NCBI GenBank assembly: GCA_964632315.1
Contig: CAZWEM010000055.1
Span: 1-25,883, forward strand
Length of the DNA stretch: 25,883 nt
Direction: 5' to 3'
Source: an uncultured archaeon
Lineage (GTDB): Archaea; Asgardarchaeota; Lokiarchaeia; Sigyniarchaeales; SOKP01
A model generated the notes under the pieces. It saw nothing but the letters and a program-made list of their open reading frames with translations. It did no database searches and was not told where the DNA came from. A program made the position numbers and the translations under genes. How positions within the stretch are numbered: position 1 is the stretch's first letter; each line of letters starts with the position of its first letter. This document shows positions 9,089 through 17,370 of the stretch, piece after piece.

Positions 9089-10144
9089 TCAGAAATCATA
9101 CCCTTGATTGAACCTTTGGTTAATGACAGTCTGGAATTGGGCATTATAACGTGGTGAATTTTGCTGATGGGTACCCCCTCTCTTTGAAACTAGGTAAAAC
9201 TGTGCTATTTTATTTTCATAGATAAGTGTAATGCCCCTCCACTTAGATTCTGTTGAATTAAATTCTACAACTTTTCCTAATCCTACCCCATCTCTAGAAG
9301 TATATCTTAAATTTAATTTTCTCAACAATTCCAAAATCATTTTATGGTGATCCATTAGTTCATATTGATTATATTTTATATCTCTAAATCTTAATGCTTC
9401 AATGGCGAATGCCTTAAAGATATCTTCGCTCATTGATAACCAAGCATCTGAATTAGCATAAAATTCCATTCCGATAAATTCATTATTAATAAATACCGCT
9501 ATTCCGCATTGATTTCTTACTTTTCTAAAATTATTAACAATCTTTTCTGCTTCTTTTTGAGTGTTAACTGTCATATCTAAATAGCTTTGGGTAGGGGCAA
9601 TGTGTGAAGCATATTTCATTTCATTACGATAAGATTGTATCTCATTCCATACTGCACCTTGCCCAGCTGGTGATATAGCTTCAAAAGCTACATTTGGATG
9701 GATTCTCATATTTGAAGCTTTAAATCCCTTACTTTTGGTATAAGACCAACGAGATTGTTCAATACATTTTGCAGGGATGATAAAATCTCGTTTAATAGTT
9801 GATAGCGATTTCATAATAGTTTTACCATCACGAGCAGGTAGAAGAATTGGTTCCCAAATAGTTCTATCTTGTTTTCCACCATGAACTGTCATTCCAAAAG
9901 GAATCAAGACTTGTTTATCGCTCTTGCTAATTACTTTAAGTTGATTAACTGAATTAGATTCAACAATTTCTATTAGATCTTCCTCCTCTGCTTCCTTGAT
10001 CGTTATAAAATCCATGGATTTAGAATCTTGCATAATAATGGGAATAATAGTCATATTTTCATAAGTTTGAGAATTCCCTAATTGACAAACACCTAATGGA
10101 TTATTGAAAATTGATTTCACATACTCTATATATTCATTTTTCAT
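9089..10144 (-). CDS. DUF6569/ARPP-1-like domain protein
   Basis: SVNQLKVISKSDKQVLIPFGMTVHGGKQDRTI, IPAKCIEQSRW, QGAVWNEI and QCGIAVFINNEFIGMEFY match the family as I recall it (GGKQNR, CVExGRW, QxxVW). The start is probably ATG 10144 (MKNEY), overlapping the upstream stop, rather than TTG 10219. Confidence 0.7.
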   Translation of the reverse strand: MKNEYIEYVKSIFNNPLGVCQLGNSQTYENMTIIPIIMQDSKSMDFITIKEAEEEDLIEIVESNSVNQLKVISKSDKQVLIPFGMTVHGGKQDRTIWEPILLPARDGKTIMKSLSTIKRDFIIPAKCIEQSRWSYTKSKGFKASNMRIHPNVAFEAISPAGQGAVWNEIQSYRNEMKYASHIAPTQSYLDMTVNTQKEAEKIVNNFRKVRNQCGIAVFINNEFIGMEFYANSDAWLSMSEDIFKAFAIEALRFRDIKYNQYELMDHHKMILELLRKLNLRYTSRDGVGLGKVVEFNSTESKWRGITLIYENKIAQFYLVSKRGGTHQQNSPRYNAQFQTVINQRFNQGYDF

Positions 10145-10556
10145 TTTCTTCATCATTTTTTTCATTAATTGAATTTTTGATTTCATTATTATCGATATTT
10201 TTTTCGAAAAGTGGTTCAATGAATTGATTGGCTATGTTTTTTCCATTTTTAGTGAGTTCAACCCCAAAAGACACTTTAAGTTTACCATTTTTCGTTAATC
10301 CATTGATTCGAGTTCCTTTTTTGGAGGGAAAATTCACTTCGGATACTTCCTCAGAATGTGTTTTGATTAGTCCTCCTTTTTTCAATGCATTTAGATGATA
10401 ATTTAAGTTTTGTTTTTGTATTCCGATTTCTTGAGCAATATCTGAGGGTCTTTGAGGTTTTTCTGAAAGTTGGTGCATAATATCAGCTCTTAAAGGATTT
10501 CGAAACACAATACCGACTTTTTCAAAAATTGGCTTTTTTTTTTCTTTTTTTGCCAT
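10134..10556 (-). CDS. ArsR-like winged-helix transcription regulator
   Basis: FRNPLRADIMHQLSEKPQRPSDIAQEIGIQKQNLNYHLNALKKGGLI is a canonical ArsR/HTH_20 pattern. ATG 10556 (or GTG 10565). Confidence 0.85.
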   Translation of the reverse strand: MAKKEKKKPIFEKVGIVFRNPLRADIMHQLSEKPQRPSDIAQEIGIQKQNLNYHLNALKKGGLIKTHSEEVSEVNFPSKKGTRINGLTKNGKLKVSFGVELTKNGKNIANQFIEPLFEKNIDNNEIKNSINEKNDEENEK

Positions 10557-10693
10557 AAATTTCACATAGTGATTTTTTTAAAGTAAAAAATATTTTTACT
10601 GTAAAAACATAAATTGATATTACTATTTAAATATTTAGATCTGCTTGTTTTTCAGATATAGGAATTCTGAATCCTTAAAAGAATGAGAATACT

Positions 10694-11218
10694 ATGAAAA
10701 ACAAAACACAAAATAAGAAAAGATTTGAACTAAATATGAAAGTTTTAATAGTATATCTCTCAATGGGGGGACGAACTAAAAAAGTTGCAGAAAGGATTGC
10801 CAATAATCTTAATTCTGATGATGTTGATATTGAAGAGTTAAAATATCACGAAAAAGCGACAAAAATGCTATCAGTTCAAGAAAATATTATGAAAGGTGAT
10901 TTATCAGATTTTAGTTATGACAAGAAGATTGAAGATCTCGAGTCTTACGACTTGATTTTCTTTGGCACCCCAACATGGGGATCGCAACCTGTACCGGTAT
11001 TTTATGGATATATAGAAAAGGTTCACAATATAAGTGGAAAAAAATTTATTATTTTTAACACCTGCAGAATGATAGCTATAAAAACTCTTGAAAAAATGGA
11101 AGAGAAAATTGAAAGTAAAAAGGGAAATGTCGCTATAAAACGAACATTCAAGGGATTATTTCGGATTAAAATATCTAAAGTCGATAGTTTCATAAAAGAA
11201 ATTAACCAATGGCTTTAA
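10694..11218 (+). CDS. flavodoxin family protein
   Basis: MKVLIVYLSMGGRTKKVAERIA, YDLIFFGTPTWG, KKFIIFNTC. The real start may be the internal MKVLIV Met at ~10736. Confidence 0.88.
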   Translation: MKNKTQNKKRFELNMKVLIVYLSMGGRTKKVAERIANNLNSDDVDIEELKYHEKATKMLSVQENIMKGDLSDFSYDKKIEDLESYDLIFFGTPTWGSQPVPVFYGYIEKVHNISGKKFIIFNTCRMIAIKTLEKMEEKIESKKGNVAIKRTFKGLFRIKISKVDSFIKEINQWL

Positions 11219-11240
11219 ACAAATAACTTGGAATACGATA

Positions 11241-11648
11241 CTATAAATCACTCAAATTAAAATAAATCTCTAATTTGTTGTTTAAATCGTAAAAAAAGGA
11301 TACATCTCCATTCCAATTACGAATGTCATCAGAAGAATAAAGATTCTCAACAATTTCACCTATTACTTTAAAAAGCTTATTTATTCTTTTTTCTTTTATA
11401 GAAGGAGAGTTTCTGGAGATCAAAATCAAAAGATCATTACAGCAAGAAACACAAGTATACTTATCACTTCCCAGTTTAAAGGACTGCAGTTTATGATCTG
11501 AGAATTCCTTCATAATATTTTTTAACACAAGATAAAAATTACTCAATGGTTTGTCATTAGTTTGATTTTTTCCATTGTATTTAGCGATTACTTGAGCATC
11601 TTGAGTCAAAATCCATAATTCTTCAATTAGTGGAGAAATTATAATCAC
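11241..11648 (-). CDS. stand-alone longin-like domain protein (Asgard type)
   Basis: 135 aa: IEELWILTQDAQVIAKY...LSNFYLVLKNIMKEF...LQSFKLGSDKY...LLILIS...WNGDVSFF. This fits the beta-beta-alpha-beta-beta-beta-alpha-alpha longin layout with a W-x-G-D tail. Confidence 0.65.
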   Translation of the reverse strand: MIIISPLIEELWILTQDAQVIAKYNGKNQTNDKPLSNFYLVLKNIMKEFSDHKLQSFKLGSDKYTCVSCCNDLLILISRNSPSIKEKRINKLFKVIGEIVENLYSSDDIRNWNGDVSFFYDLNNKLEIYFNLSDL

Positions 11649-11780
11649 TTTATTTTTGCATTATAATTTTACTTATGAATGATATTAAAATCAATTTATA
11701 AGTCAATTAATTGGGTTAAAATTACTATATTCGAGGTAAAAAAAGATTTACTTAAATATATCTAATAGCATATTAAGATT

Positions 11781-12017
11781 TTATTCAGACAAAAATTTAA
11801 AGAATTTTTTAGTATCTATTCCTTCTTTCTCAAAAGCATAAACCATTAATTTTTTTTCCTCAATTGATAATACATCTTCAAGGAATTGCTGAATACCCTT
11901 TTTTTCATAAGTTAATGAACATATTGGGCAGTATATCTTATCATCGAGTTCCCAAATATTAGCACTTTTACATCTGGGGCAGAAATAAAAAGATATTTTA
12001 TTCTCTTTCATTATCAA
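11781..12017 (-). CDS. small zinc-ribbon protein
   Basis: CPRC-x13-CPIC in a 78-aa ORF, divergent from the his operon. Confidence 0.7.
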   Translation of the reverse strand: MIMKENKISFYFCPRCKSANIWELDDKIYCPICSLTYEKKGIQQFLEDVLSIEEKKLMVYAFEKEGIDTKKFFKFLSE

Positions 12018-12076
12018 TGATTTTATTAAAAATTATTTAAACTCATTTCTTATTCTGCAGCTATTGATCCCCGTGC

Positions 12077-12106
12077 TTATATACAAAGCTTTTTTAGGTG
12101 ACTCAC
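12077..12106 (+). promoter_or_regulatory. putative TATA box and adjacent palindrome upstream of the his leader
   Basis: TTATATA at 12077-12083 and GTGA-C-TCAC pseudo-palindrome at 12098-12106. Confidence 0.35.
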
Positions 12107-12156
12107 AATAAAATATGTAAGAATAGATATTAGATTTAGAATAATGTGATTGAAAC

Positions 12157-12303
12157 ATGAATTTTTCAAAATACAATGTTTTGAGCCATAATCACTTACT
12201 TCTTAACAGATTAAATTTCATTTTTGAAGATTTTAAAAAGCAAAATGCTAGTATGAGCCTATCTGATAAATTTTACTTGCATCATTGCCAACATCATTAT
12301 TAA
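12157..12303 (+). CDS. putative His-rich leader peptide (uORF) of the his operon
   Basis: MNFSKYNVLSHNHLLLNRLNFIFEDFKKQNASMSLSDKFYLHHCQHHY* (48 aa, 6 His). The in-frame ATG 12253 gives MSLSDKFYLHHCQHHY* (16 aa). Four CAT codons fall in the last 7 sense codons. A GTGAT RBS-like element precedes ATG 12157. Confidence 0.7.
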   Translation: MNFSKYNVLSHNHLLLNRLNFIFEDFKKQNASMSLSDKFYLHHCQHHY

Positions 12304-12383
12304 TTCCAGGATTTTATTTTGAATAGATGCTGGAATTAAATAAAACTGAATTCTAGTTCAGTTTTGGGGGATGTAATCATGAT
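12288..12383 (+). promoter_or_regulatory. putative attenuator: alternative hairpins between the leader ORF and the hisIE start
   Basis: Perfect 10-bp inverted repeat TTAATTCCAG (12300-12309)/CTGGAATTAA (12330-12339), and a 9-bp stem AAAACTGAA (12342-12350)/TTCAGTTTT (12357-12365) directly before the GGGGGA RBS and ATG 12379. Confidence 0.6.
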
Positions 12384-13281
12384 ATTATTAAAAATAGAAA
12401 ATAAAGATATGGAAAAATTTGGAGGTTTGGAGAGATTGATTAATGAGGTTGTCTATCCGAGAAATTGGGATCTCTTCATAACTTTAATCCTCGAAATAAA
12501 TAAGAATTGTATAATGAAAATGATTGAAGATGGAATTTTAAAAAGTGCGTGTGAGAAAGTTGACATCTGGATTCAATCTGATGATCGATCAGTGAGAAAG
12601 TTATTACTAAAAAACAGGGTAAAAGGAGTTAATTTCAATCTAAAAGAAGACGACATTATTCTGGAACTTAACACAACTATGAGTTTTCTGAGAATTGATA
12701 AAATCCTGATCGATATTCTTGATTTCAAGAAAATGAATGGTTTGATTCCCACTATAGTCCAAGATGAGTATGGAAATGTATTGATGCTTGCTTATTCTTC
12801 TGAAAAGTCACTTGAAGTTGCGATTTCGACTAGAAGAGGTACTTTTTTTAGTAGAACTCGAAATGAAATCTGGATAAAGGGAAAAGAATCGGGAAATTAT
12901 CAAACTCTTGAAAAAATTTATTATGATTGTGACAAAGATAGCTTGCTTTTTAGAGTGAAACAAAAAAATGTTGCATGTCATACAGGTTCTTATTCTTGTT
13001 TTCAAAATACTAACTTCTCGTTAAGATCATTGAATAAGATCTTGGTTGAGCGCAAAAATGATTCCTCAAATACAACATCCTATACTAAAAAACTATTAGA
13101 AAATAATGAGCTCTTGATTTCGAAAATTAAGGAAGAATGTAATGAAGTTGTTAATTTCACTGATCAAGAAAACCTAATATGGGAGATCGCAGATTTGACT
13201 TACTTTTTGCTTGTTTTAATGGTTCAAGAAGAAATATCCCTCAGTGATATAATAAATGAGTTAAGGAGTCGAAACGAATGA
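12379..13281 (+). CDS. hisIE: bifunctional phosphoribosyl-AMP cyclohydrolase / phosphoribosyl-ATP pyrophosphatase with N-terminal extension
   Basis: HisI motifs GLIPTIVQD, VLMLAY, FSRTRNEIWIKGKESGN, DCDKDSLL, ACHTGSYSCF. HisE motifs SYTKKLL, KIKEECNE, EIADLTYF. The GGGGGA RBS favours ATG 12379 over TTG 12364. Confidence 0.95.
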   Translation: MILLKIENKDMEKFGGLERLINEVVYPRNWDLFITLILEINKNCIMKMIEDGILKSACEKVDIWIQSDDRSVRKLLLKNRVKGVNFNLKEDDIILELNTTMSFLRIDKILIDILDFKKMNGLIPTIVQDEYGNVLMLAYSSEKSLEVAISTRRGTFFSRTRNEIWIKGKESGNYQTLEKIYYDCDKDSLLFRVKQKNVACHTGSYSCFQNTNFSLRSLNKILVERKNDSSNTTSYTKKLLENNELLISKIKEECNEVVNFTDQENLIWEIADLTYFLLVLMVQEEISLSDIINELRSRNE

Positions 13282-14297
13282 ATAGTGAGAAAATGCCCAT
13301 AGATTCTTATAAATCACGCCCTATAAGGCTTGGCATACCGTCTAAAGGAAGAATGGAAGTTGAGACTCAAAATTTTTTGAAAAATTGTGGATTTAGCCTT
13401 ATTAGGAAGAATAGGCAGTATATAGGATATATTCAAGGACCAACCTCGATTCAACTAGTATTTGAACATCAAGAGGATATCATCAGGAGTGTTAGAAATG
13501 GGACAATAGAACTAGGTATAGTTGGTTTTGATTTATTTAGAGAAAATATTCCTTCAGATGATGAGAAAGTGCTGTTAATTCACGATTCACTGAGCTTTGG
13601 GAAATGTAAACTTGAAATTGCTGTTCCAGAAATTTGGTCGGAAAAATGTATAAAAGAAATAAAAAAAAGAAAAAATTGTGTTTTAAAGGTTGCCACAAAG
13701 TTTCCAAAACTTACCACAGAATTTCTTACCGCTCAAAATATCTGTTTTGAAATCATAGAAGGAAGGGGATCTCTTGAAGTATATCCCGAATTAGGACGGA
13801 GTGATTTGATTGTTGATTTAGTGTCTACTGGACAAACTTTAAAAGATAACCGCTTAAAAATGGTTGAAGGAGGGACAATATTAAGTTCTCAAGCGGTTTT
13901 GATAGGAAATAGGAACGCATTAACGAATCCTTCCGTTTTAAAAATTACGCGAGAATTGATTGAATATATTGAAGCAACTTTGAGGGCTCAAAATTATGTC
14001 TCAGTATTCGTCAACATGCGGGGAGAAAATGAAGATGAGATAAGCCAATCAATTTTCGCAAAAGAAGGTCTTAGTGGCCTACAAGGTCCAACGATATCTC
14101 CTGTTTATAGTAAAAATGGAGAAAAAATGTTTGCTGTTCATGTTATAGTCGAAAAGGACAAATTACAACTAGCTATAAGAAATTTACGTGAAATAGGAGG
14201 TAGTGGGGTTGTTGTAGCTCAAACTTTGTACATATTTGAGGAAGAACCCTTGAGATATAAAAAATTAAAAGAAAAATTGGAGTTAGAAGATGATTAA
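13278..14297 (+). CDS. hisG: ATP phosphoribosyltransferase, long form
   Basis: IRLGIPSKGRM, GIVGFD, FGKCKLEIAVP, VATKFP, GSLEVYPELGRSDLIVDLVSTGQTLKDNRL, and a C-terminal regulatory domain with GPTISP. ATGA overlap with hisIE. Confidence 0.97.
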   Translation: MNSEKMPIDSYKSRPIRLGIPSKGRMEVETQNFLKNCGFSLIRKNRQYIGYIQGPTSIQLVFEHQEDIIRSVRNGTIELGIVGFDLFRENIPSDDEKVLLIHDSLSFGKCKLEIAVPEIWSEKCIKEIKKRKNCVLKVATKFPKLTTEFLTAQNICFEIIEGRGSLEVYPELGRSDLIVDLVSTGQTLKDNRLKMVEGGTILSSQAVLIGNRNALTNPSVLKITRELIEYIEATLRAQNYVSVFVNMRGENEDEISQSIFAKEGLSGLQGPTISPVYSKNGEKMFAVHVIVEKDKLQLAIRNLREIGGSGVVVAQTLYIFEEEPLRYKKLKEKLELEDD

Positions 14298-15636
14298 GAT
14301 ATATAGTAAAGAAGAGGCAAGTAAATCTATTCTATTAAGAAATTATTTTTCGAAGGAGAGACTACCACAGCGAGTTAAGGATTCAATTAAAAAAAATTTT
14401 GGTAAAGAATTCTCTCCACAAGAAGTCGTGAAGATAATAATTGAAGATGTTAAAAAGAGAAAGGATCGCGCACTCACAGACTGGACTCTTAAATTGGATA
14501 ATGTTTCAATCACTCAATTTGAATTAAAGGAGGATTTTACCAAATACCTTCCAATTATAAGTCCAAAATTAAGAAAAGCTCTTGAAGTTGCTTATTCGAG
14601 AATATTATCATTTCATAAATCACAACCTACGAGCTCATGGGTCAATAATGATTTAGGGGGAGTTTTAGGTCAAATTATTACTCCAATTCAAAAGGTTGGA
14701 ATTTATATCCCTGGAGGTAGTTTTCCTTTAATCTCCTCAGTTTTAATGACTGCTATACCTGCTATCGTGGCGGGTACAAAAGAAATTATTTTTACTTCAC
14801 CTCCTGATAAGAATGGAGAGATATCCCCTAAAATTTTAGCTTCTTGCGGCATGATTCAAAAAGCAGGAATTAAAATACGTATCTTTAAACTCGGAGGGGC
14901 TCAAGCGATTGCAGCATTAGCATTTGGAACTACTCAAGTTCCAAGAGTGGATAAGATTTTTGGTCCTGGAAATGTATTTGTGAATCTCGCCAAAAAGCAG
15001 GTTTTTGGGAACGTAGGGATTGATGGAATTTATGGTCCCACTGAGGCAATCATAATTGCTGATGAAAGTGCCAAACCTGAATTAATAGCTGCAGATCTCT
15101 TGGCTCAAGCAGAGCATGATCCCTTAGCTATTCCCATATTTCTTACTCATGTTAAAGAACTAATATCTCGTGTGCAAGAAGAAATAAATAAACAATTAAC
15201 TCAAGTAGATCGGAAAGATATAGCCGAAAAATCTCTGGAAAGCAATGGTGGAATTATTCAAACTAATTCACTCGAAGATTCAATTCAAATATCAAACGAT
15301 TTTGCACCAGAACATTTATCATTATTGATAAAAAATCCATTTGAAGTCATCCCTCAGATTAAAAATGCAGGGGCACTTTTTTTGGGTGAAGAATCATTTG
15401 AAGTACTCGGAGACTATATTGCAGGACCAAGCCATGTAATGCCCACTAATGGTTCTGCTCGATATTCTTCTCCATTATCTGTGATTGATTTTGTAAAAGC
15501 TATAAATCTTATCTACTTGACTAAGAATGAGTCAAAAAATCTTTCAGATTATGCCGAGATATTAGCTTTAAATGAAGGGTTAACCGGTCACGCCAATACA
15601 ATCAGTCAGCGTAGAAAATTTGATGGAGGACTCTAA
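14290..15636 (+). CDS. hisD: histidinol dehydrogenase
   Basis: VGIYIPGG, GGAQAIAALAFGT, KIFGPGN, GIDGIYGPTE, DLLAQAEHD, APEHL, GDYIAGPSHVMPT. Confidence 0.98.
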   Translation: MIKIYSKEEASKSILLRNYFSKERLPQRVKDSIKKNFGKEFSPQEVVKIIIEDVKKRKDRALTDWTLKLDNVSITQFELKEDFTKYLPIISPKLRKALEVAYSRILSFHKSQPTSSWVNNDLGGVLGQIITPIQKVGIYIPGGSFPLISSVLMTAIPAIVAGTKEIIFTSPPDKNGEISPKILASCGMIQKAGIKIRIFKLGGAQAIAALAFGTTQVPRVDKIFGPGNVFVNLAKKQVFGNVGIDGIYGPTEAIIIADESAKPELIAADLLAQAEHDPLAIPIFLTHVKELISRVQEEINKQLTQVDRKDIAEKSLESNGGIIQTNSLEDSIQISNDFAPEHLSLLIKNPFEVIPQIKNAGALFLGEESFEVLGDYIAGPSHVMPTNGSARYSSPLSVIDFVKAINLIYLTKNESKNLSDYAEILALNEGLTGHANTISQRRKFDGGL

Positions 15637-15637
15637 G

Positions 15638-16762
15638 ATGAAAAGTGGCAACACGTCGATTATTACCTCTAAAAGAGTTCAAAAGTATCTGAAACTTAAA
15701 AATACAATAAGTGAACGATCCAATGAGTCGCAAAGTGATGATATAGTTTATTTAGATAAAAATGAAAATCCATATTTTCCATCTTTCGATAGACTCCTTC
15801 CATCTAAGTTTCAGAAATTAATAACAAAGTATCCGGATCCGATGTCTCGGGTATTTTTAAGTCAAGTATCTAAAGAGATCGGATATCCCATCTCATTTAT
15901 TATGGCAGGCGCGGGATCTGATGAATTATTAGATTTAATTTGTAGAACGTTTTTAGATTGCAAAGATCGTATTCTTAGTGTAAAACCAACTTTTTCAATG
16001 TATAGAAAGTATGCTGAAATTAATGGAGCAAGCTATTTGTCATATCCTCTAAATTTAAAAATCAATAGATCAACCGGAATTGCAACCTATAGTTTAAATG
16101 AAACAGACTTTTTTGAACAGGCCAAGTCTTCAAGGATTTTAATTTTAGCACGTCCAAACAATCCTGATGGTAATGTAGTTTCAAAAAACTTCATAGAAAA
16201 ATTGCTTAATCTAAATATATTGACAATCATAGATGAGGCATACATTGAATTTAGTGAAGTGTCAAGCACTCTTGACTTGATAAGCAAATATGATAATCTC
16301 ATAATATTAAGAACGCTCAGCAAGTCTCATGCTCTTGCAGGAATAAGATTAGGTTATGCAGTGGCAAATCCCTCCATTATAGAGGTATTAAAAAAAGTAA
16401 AAAGTCCATATAACGTAAATGTACTCGCTGCTCAATTAGGAAGTTTGGTAATAGGCTCAGCTGAAATCTTAGAAAATATTATGAAAATCAAATATAGTAG
16501 AGATTTAATGGTTCAAAAATTATTGAAATTAAGAATGAGCACTAAGCAGTTCTACATCCACCTAAGTCAAGGAAATTTTATCTTGATTAGATTTTTAAAT
16601 TCTCAAATTACGAATTCAATCTACCAATTTCTTTTAAATTCTCAAATTAAAGTAAGAAAATTTGGCAATGAGCTTCCAAATTGTATCAGAATCTCTATTG
16701 GCACGAAAAACCAAATGGAAAAGTTATTAAAAAGTTTTAAAACATACTTCGAGGGGAATTAA
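15638..16762 (+). CDS. hisC: histidinol-phosphate aminotransferase
   Basis: LDKNENP, GSDELL, PTFSMY, PNNPDG, IDEAYIEF, RTLSKSHALAGIRLGY (PLP lysine), RISIGT. GGAGG at 15625-15629 favours ATG 15638 over the track's 15620. Confidence 0.96.
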   Translation: MKSGNTSIITSKRVQKYLKLKNTISERSNESQSDDIVYLDKNENPYFPSFDRLLPSKFQKLITKYPDPMSRVFLSQVSKEIGYPISFIMAGAGSDELLDLICRTFLDCKDRILSVKPTFSMYRKYAEINGASYLSYPLNLKINRSTGIATYSLNETDFFEQAKSSRILILARPNNPDGNVVSKNFIEKLLNLNILTIIDEAYIEFSEVSSTLDLISKYDNLIILRTLSKSHALAGIRLGYAVANPSIIEVLKKVKSPYNVNVLAAQLGSLVIGSAEILENIMKIKYSRDLMVQKLLKLRMSTKQFYIHLSQGNFILIRFLNSQITNSIYQFLLNSQIKVRKFGNELPNCIRISIGTKNQMEKLLKSFKTYFEGN

Positions 16763-16764
16763 AA

Positions 16765-17370
16765 TTGGAAAGAGAATCAGAATTACAAAGAAAGACTAAT
16801 GAAACGCAGATCAATATTAAAATTAACATAGATGGATCCGGCAATTCTAAGATTAACACTGAAATTCCTTTTTTAGACCACCTCCTCACGCAAATAGCAA
16901 TTCATGGATCTTTTGATTTAACAATAGAAGCTAAAGGAGATCTTGAAATAGATATACATCATCTAGTTGAAGATACCGGAATTCTCTTAGGGAAAGCATT
17001 TAAAAACGCATTGGGAGAAAAAAGAGGAATCAATCGTGTAGGACATTGCATTTTTCCTATGGATGAAGTATTAGTTTTAGTGGCAGTTGATTTATCTTCT
17101 AGACCGTTTTTTAACCCAGATATTAGATGGATTAATCCTTTCTTAGGTTCGAAAGAAGACTTCTTAATTCCTGTAGATTTAATAGAACATTTTCTTTACT
17201 CCTTTGCTATTAATGCTCAAATTACCCTTCATGTAAAATTATTAAATGGGAAGAATAATCATCACATTGCTGAAGGAATTTTTAAAGCGTTAGGAAAAGC
17301 ATTAGACAAAGCTTCAAGATTCAACTCAAAAAGATTAAATGTTATTCCATCGAGTAAAGGAGAATTGTGA
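16765..17370 (+). CDS. hisB: imidazoleglycerol-phosphate dehydratase (monofunctional)
   Basis: RKTNETQI, FLDHLL, GDLEIDIHHLVED, PMDE, NNHHIAEGIFKA, PSSKG. TTG start with GAGGGG RBS. Confidence 0.97.
   Translation: MERESELQRKTNETQINIKINIDGSGNSKINTEIPFLDHLLTQIAIHGSFDLTIEAKGDLEIDIHHLVEDTGILLGKAFKNALGEKRGINRVGHCIFPMDEVLVLVAVDLSSRPFFNPDIRWINPFLGSKEDFLIPVDLIEHFLYSFAINAQITLHVKLLNGKNNHHIAEGIFKALGKALDKASRFNSKRLNVIPSSKGEL

Noticed and set aside
10145-10219. Lys/Met-rich N-terminal extension of the DUF6569-like ORF
   Set aside because: It is an alternative-frame reading of the low-complexity tail of the upstream wHTH gene.
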